Positions 61,518-64,000 of a stretch of 64,000 nucleotides of DNA are shown piece by piece (position 1 is the first letter of the stretch; each line of letters begins with the position of its first letter). The DNA is from Bryobacterales bacterium (GTDB lineage: Bacteria; Acidobacteriota; Terriglobia; Bryobacterales; UBA6623), in assembly GCA_965208945.1 (NCBI GenBank), contig OZ242366.1, positions 5,290,048 to 5,354,047 on the forward strand, written 5' to 3'. A program made the translations under genes and the position numbers. Under the pieces are notes generated by a model, which did no database searches, was not told the DNA's origin, and worked only from the letters and a program-made list of their open reading frames with translations.

Positions 61518-63935
61518 TCACTCATACTGGACAAAAAACGGTGAGGCCCAAGCGATCTCGGGGTCGCCGGAAGGGTTTTCCGGGTCACGTTGGAAGACCC
61601 GGACGTAGTAGTACGTATCACCCGGTTCGGGGCTCATGTCGCGATAGCGTAAGGATGCCGAGCGGCCGCCGGGACGTTGCGTGAACACGTACTCGCCGTT
61701 CTTGACGATGTCGACGCGCAGGATTTCGTCAGGCGCTTCCAAGGAAATCACGATCTCGGGCGGAGCACTCATCGAAGCGGAGAACTGCTCTCCGGGCATG
61801 TGATCTCCAGCAGTCGCACGCACGACGATTTCATCGCTGGCTCCGAAAGTGCGCCGCGCAAGCATCGCGTCGAACATCGCATCCCGCGTCAGCTCATCGA
61901 CCCAAATACCGGCCCAACTGTTATGAGTCGAGCCGTGATCGCTGAATGAAACGAAACCGTAGACATTGCCTTTGTTCAAGGCGTCCTGTGCGAAGTGGCC
62001 GGGGTCGTCGGTTTGCGTTCCGCCCCTCTTCTCGGCAACGGGCATGCGCCAGCGCTCGTAGCTGCCTCGCGCTCCCTGATAGATCTCAAGCAGGCAATCG
62101 AACGGCGCATTGGGCCAGTTCCAATCAGCGAGCGGACCGGCCGCAAAGGTGTGGGGTACGATGACGCTCTTCTGTCCGGCCTGCTTGAGGACATTGTCGC
62201 GCCACCAGGACCACATCGCGGGCGGTTGGTTGTCGGTGGCGGGAGCTTTGCGGCTGCGGTCGATGCCGCGCATGGGCGCGCCACGCCGCAGAAAGAGAGC
62301 ATTGCGGTGCCCTCCGGGGCGGGCCATGCTGTGCTCGTATGTGTAGATGCCCCAGAAGTTCGGCTCGTGAGTCATCACGTCCACGAGCTTCTGCGTGACC
62401 CACCATTGATAGTCACGCAGACCGTCGGGCCAGGTTCCGCCCACGACTTCGTTGTGGTCGCTCGGCCCGACGAAATCAAGCTGCGCCGCGTCGAGGGCGT
62501 AACGATACGTATCCTCCGCCGAGCCATCAACATTGCTGTGACCGCGAATATCGGTATGACGGTGGCAGTCGCCGAGAAGCAGAGTGTAGTGCTTGTCACC
62601 CAGAGACATCGTAGCCCGACGGCGGCGCTCGAACCCCTCCGATACCGGCAACACCGGGACATGGCTTAGGGTCACATCGCGTGCGGGTCCACCGAAGGTC
62701 AATTCCGCCAAGAAAACGTTGTAGTGGAGGGCGTGCTCTTGATCTTTCGGGAGGTTGTCCGGGGCGCGCAGGTCGCTCGAGTAGATTGCGTTGACGACGC
62801 CGTCATTCGCAATCGCGACGGAGGCGCGCTGGGAGTTCCGGCCTGAGCTGTTCTGGAGCAGCCAGGGTTGTGACCAGCCGGAGGCATCGAGTCTGGTCGT
62901 ATAAAAGTGATACATCTCATGGGGTTTGGCAATGGTCCAGTGTCGAAAGACGAGGGTGGGCGTGCCGTTGCCGTCGATTGCGATGGTTGGCAGTTCCGCG
63001 AACCGTTCCATGCGTCCCGTGAAGGCATCGGATACGGCGGCGGGTTCGTAGACACGTCCGTGGGCATGGATGCGAACACCGACACTGCGCCGAGCATGCA
63101 GTCCCTCACTCCCAACGGCGGAACTGGATGTCGAGAAGTCCTTGCCCCAGTTGGGTCCGGCTTCGTCAAAGGCAATCCATACACGGTCGGTTTGGTCTAC
63201 GGCGACAGACGTATGAAAGGAGGCGTTCGGGCTCGAGGTGATGGCCACCGGATCGGTTGCCTCCTTACCGTCGAAAGAAGCCAGGAAGACATCGTAAGAG
63301 CCGCCGTGATAGCTGTCCCAACTAATCCAGGCGCGGCCGGCGCTATCGAGCGCGACGGCAGGTTCCCAATCATTCGCGTCACTGGGCGAGATGCGCACCG
63401 CCGGCCCCCAGTGTGATTCCGTCAGCCGCTGGGCGTAAATATCCGCTTGGCCGTTGCGGAACGACTGCCAGACAAGAGTGACGTTGCCGTCGCTGTCGGC
63501 CGCCGCACGAACATGGAAGTCGCTGTACCGGGCGCTGGTGACTCTCTCTACACGGTCTAATTTGCCCTGGCCGGAGATTCGTGCGACGAAGATTTCAAAG
63601 TCGCCGCCCACTTGCGCGGACCAGGCAGCGAGGGCCCCTTCCGGCAACGCCGCGATGTCGGGAATGTAGTGGTCCCAGTAGCCGTCGTGGATGACAATCG
63701 GGCCGCTCCAGTCACCTCCGTCCACGCGCCTCTTGACGACCACGCGGTCGGATTCCTTTCCGTCCCACTCGATGTAGATCGCCCAAAGCGTTCCGTCGGG
63801 TGAGGCTGTGATGCTGGGCCAGTCTGCGGTCCGTTCCGCGGCGCTCACCCGTGCGGCGTCTAGTTCGCCGGCAATGTGAGCCGGCGCCAACTCTGCCGTC
63901 TGCTTCTGGAATTCGGACGAAATCGAAGAATACAC
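61518..63935 (-). CDS. Hypothetical protein with an N-terminal BNR/Asp-box-like beta-propeller and a C-terminal PHP/CehA-like metal-dependent phosphoesterase domain. The 5' end may lie beyond the window.
   Basis: Repeated S/D-x-D-G-x-x-W-like strands include SPDGTLWAIY, DSDGNVTLVW, DSAGRAWISW and DQTDRVWIAF. The C-terminal half has LLLGDCHRHTDIRGHS...GPSDHNE (HxH...DH metal ligands). The frame is open to the window end, and the track start is simply the first GTG. Confidence 0.6.
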   Translation of the reverse strand: MYSSISSEFQKQTAELAPAHIAGELDAARVSAAERTADWPSITASPDGTLWAIYIEWDGKESDRVVVKRRVDGGDWSGPIVIHDGYWDHYIPDIAALPEGALAAWSAQVGGDFEIFVARISGQGKLDRVERVTSARYSDFHVRAAADSDGNVTLVWQSFRNGQADIYAQRLTESHWGPAVRISPSDANDWEPAVALDSAGRAWISWDSYHGGSYDVFLASFDGKEATDPVAITSSPNASFHTSVAVDQTDRVWIAFDEAGPNWGKDFSTSSSAVGSEGLHARRSVGVRIHAHGRVYEPAAVSDAFTGRMERFAELPTIAIDGNGTPTLVFRHWTIAKPHEMYHFYTTRLDASGWSQPWLLQNSSGRNSQRASVAIANDGVVNAIYSSDLRAPDNLPKDQEHALHYNVFLAELTFGGPARDVTLSHVPVLPVSEGFERRRRATMSLGDKHYTLLLGDCHRHTDIRGHSNVDGSAEDTYRYALDAAQLDFVGPSDHNEVVGGTWPDGLRDYQWWVTQKLVDVMTHEPNFWGIYTYEHSMARPGGHRNALFLRRGAPMRGIDRSRKAPATDNQPPAMWSWWRDNVLKQAGQKSVIVPHTFAAGPLADWNWPNAPFDCLLEIYQGARGSYERWRMPVAEKRGGTQTDDPGHFAQDALNKGNVYGFVSFSDHGSTHNSWAGIWVDELTRDAMFDAMLARRTFGASDEIVVRATAGDHMPGEQFSASMSAPPEIVISLEAPDEILRVDIVKNGEYVFTQRPGGRSASLRYRDMSPEPGDTYYYVRVFQRDPENPSGDPEIAWASPFFVQYE

Positions 63936-64000
63936 ACGGTCCGGTTCGGCGGGCGGTGGTTGCTCATCGGGACTCTTGACCTGTTCCTTCGAAGCCCTGC

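Overview
This is a 64-kb, high-GC segment (roughly 60-65% G+C by eye) from the chromosome of a diderm bacterium, since bamA, tamB, lgt, lspA and dacB are all present. The mix of Tat-exported enzymes, a sulfatase and TPR/ANK/NHL repeat proteins is reminiscent of Acidobacteriota-like environmental or symbiotic lineages, but that taxon is only a guess. I can support about 47 protein-coding genes. Most are housekeeping: lgt-lspA, rsmA, glpX, mfd, hldC, rarA, tsaC, gph, bamA/surA-like/tamB/pcm/selB, dacB, hemB and glgC. I recognise no rRNA, tRNA, CRISPR array, prophage, transposase gene or known defence system. The unusual content is non-genic or accessory. (1) There is a very dense family of 177-201 bp MITEs with 17-bp terminal inverted repeats (CCTGCATTTCTCACCAC) and 4-bp YTAR target duplications. 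I count 8 full copies plus mini, solo-end and composite derivatives. Their ends coincide with several gene stop codons and apparently supply the start codon of mfd. (2) A second, mosaic repeat class is built from same-orientation heptamer tracts, AAAGCC-(GTGWTTC)n-GTGAAAACC. There are at least 17 tracts, and I do not recognise the architecture. These tracts, with 10-bp and 233-bp tandem repeats, fill a 1.95-kb gene-free field at 9.5-11.45 kb. (3) A roughly 13-kb accessory block at 18.3-31.7 kb starts at a truncated amidohydrolase gene. It holds five complete tandem 1.03-kb units plus one remnant, each encoding a secreted ankyrin / beta-module / 2-TM protein. It also holds two divergently transcribed non-ankyrin paralogs, a 1242-aa astacin-NHL propeller protein, a stand-alone double-Cache protein and a small membrane protein. 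This block is my best candidate for an undescribed system, but I cannot assign it a function. Many long ORFs in the supplied track are antisense shadows or repeat read-through, and several real genes needed their starts moved. Repeat coordinates were read by hand and may be off by 1-2 nt.
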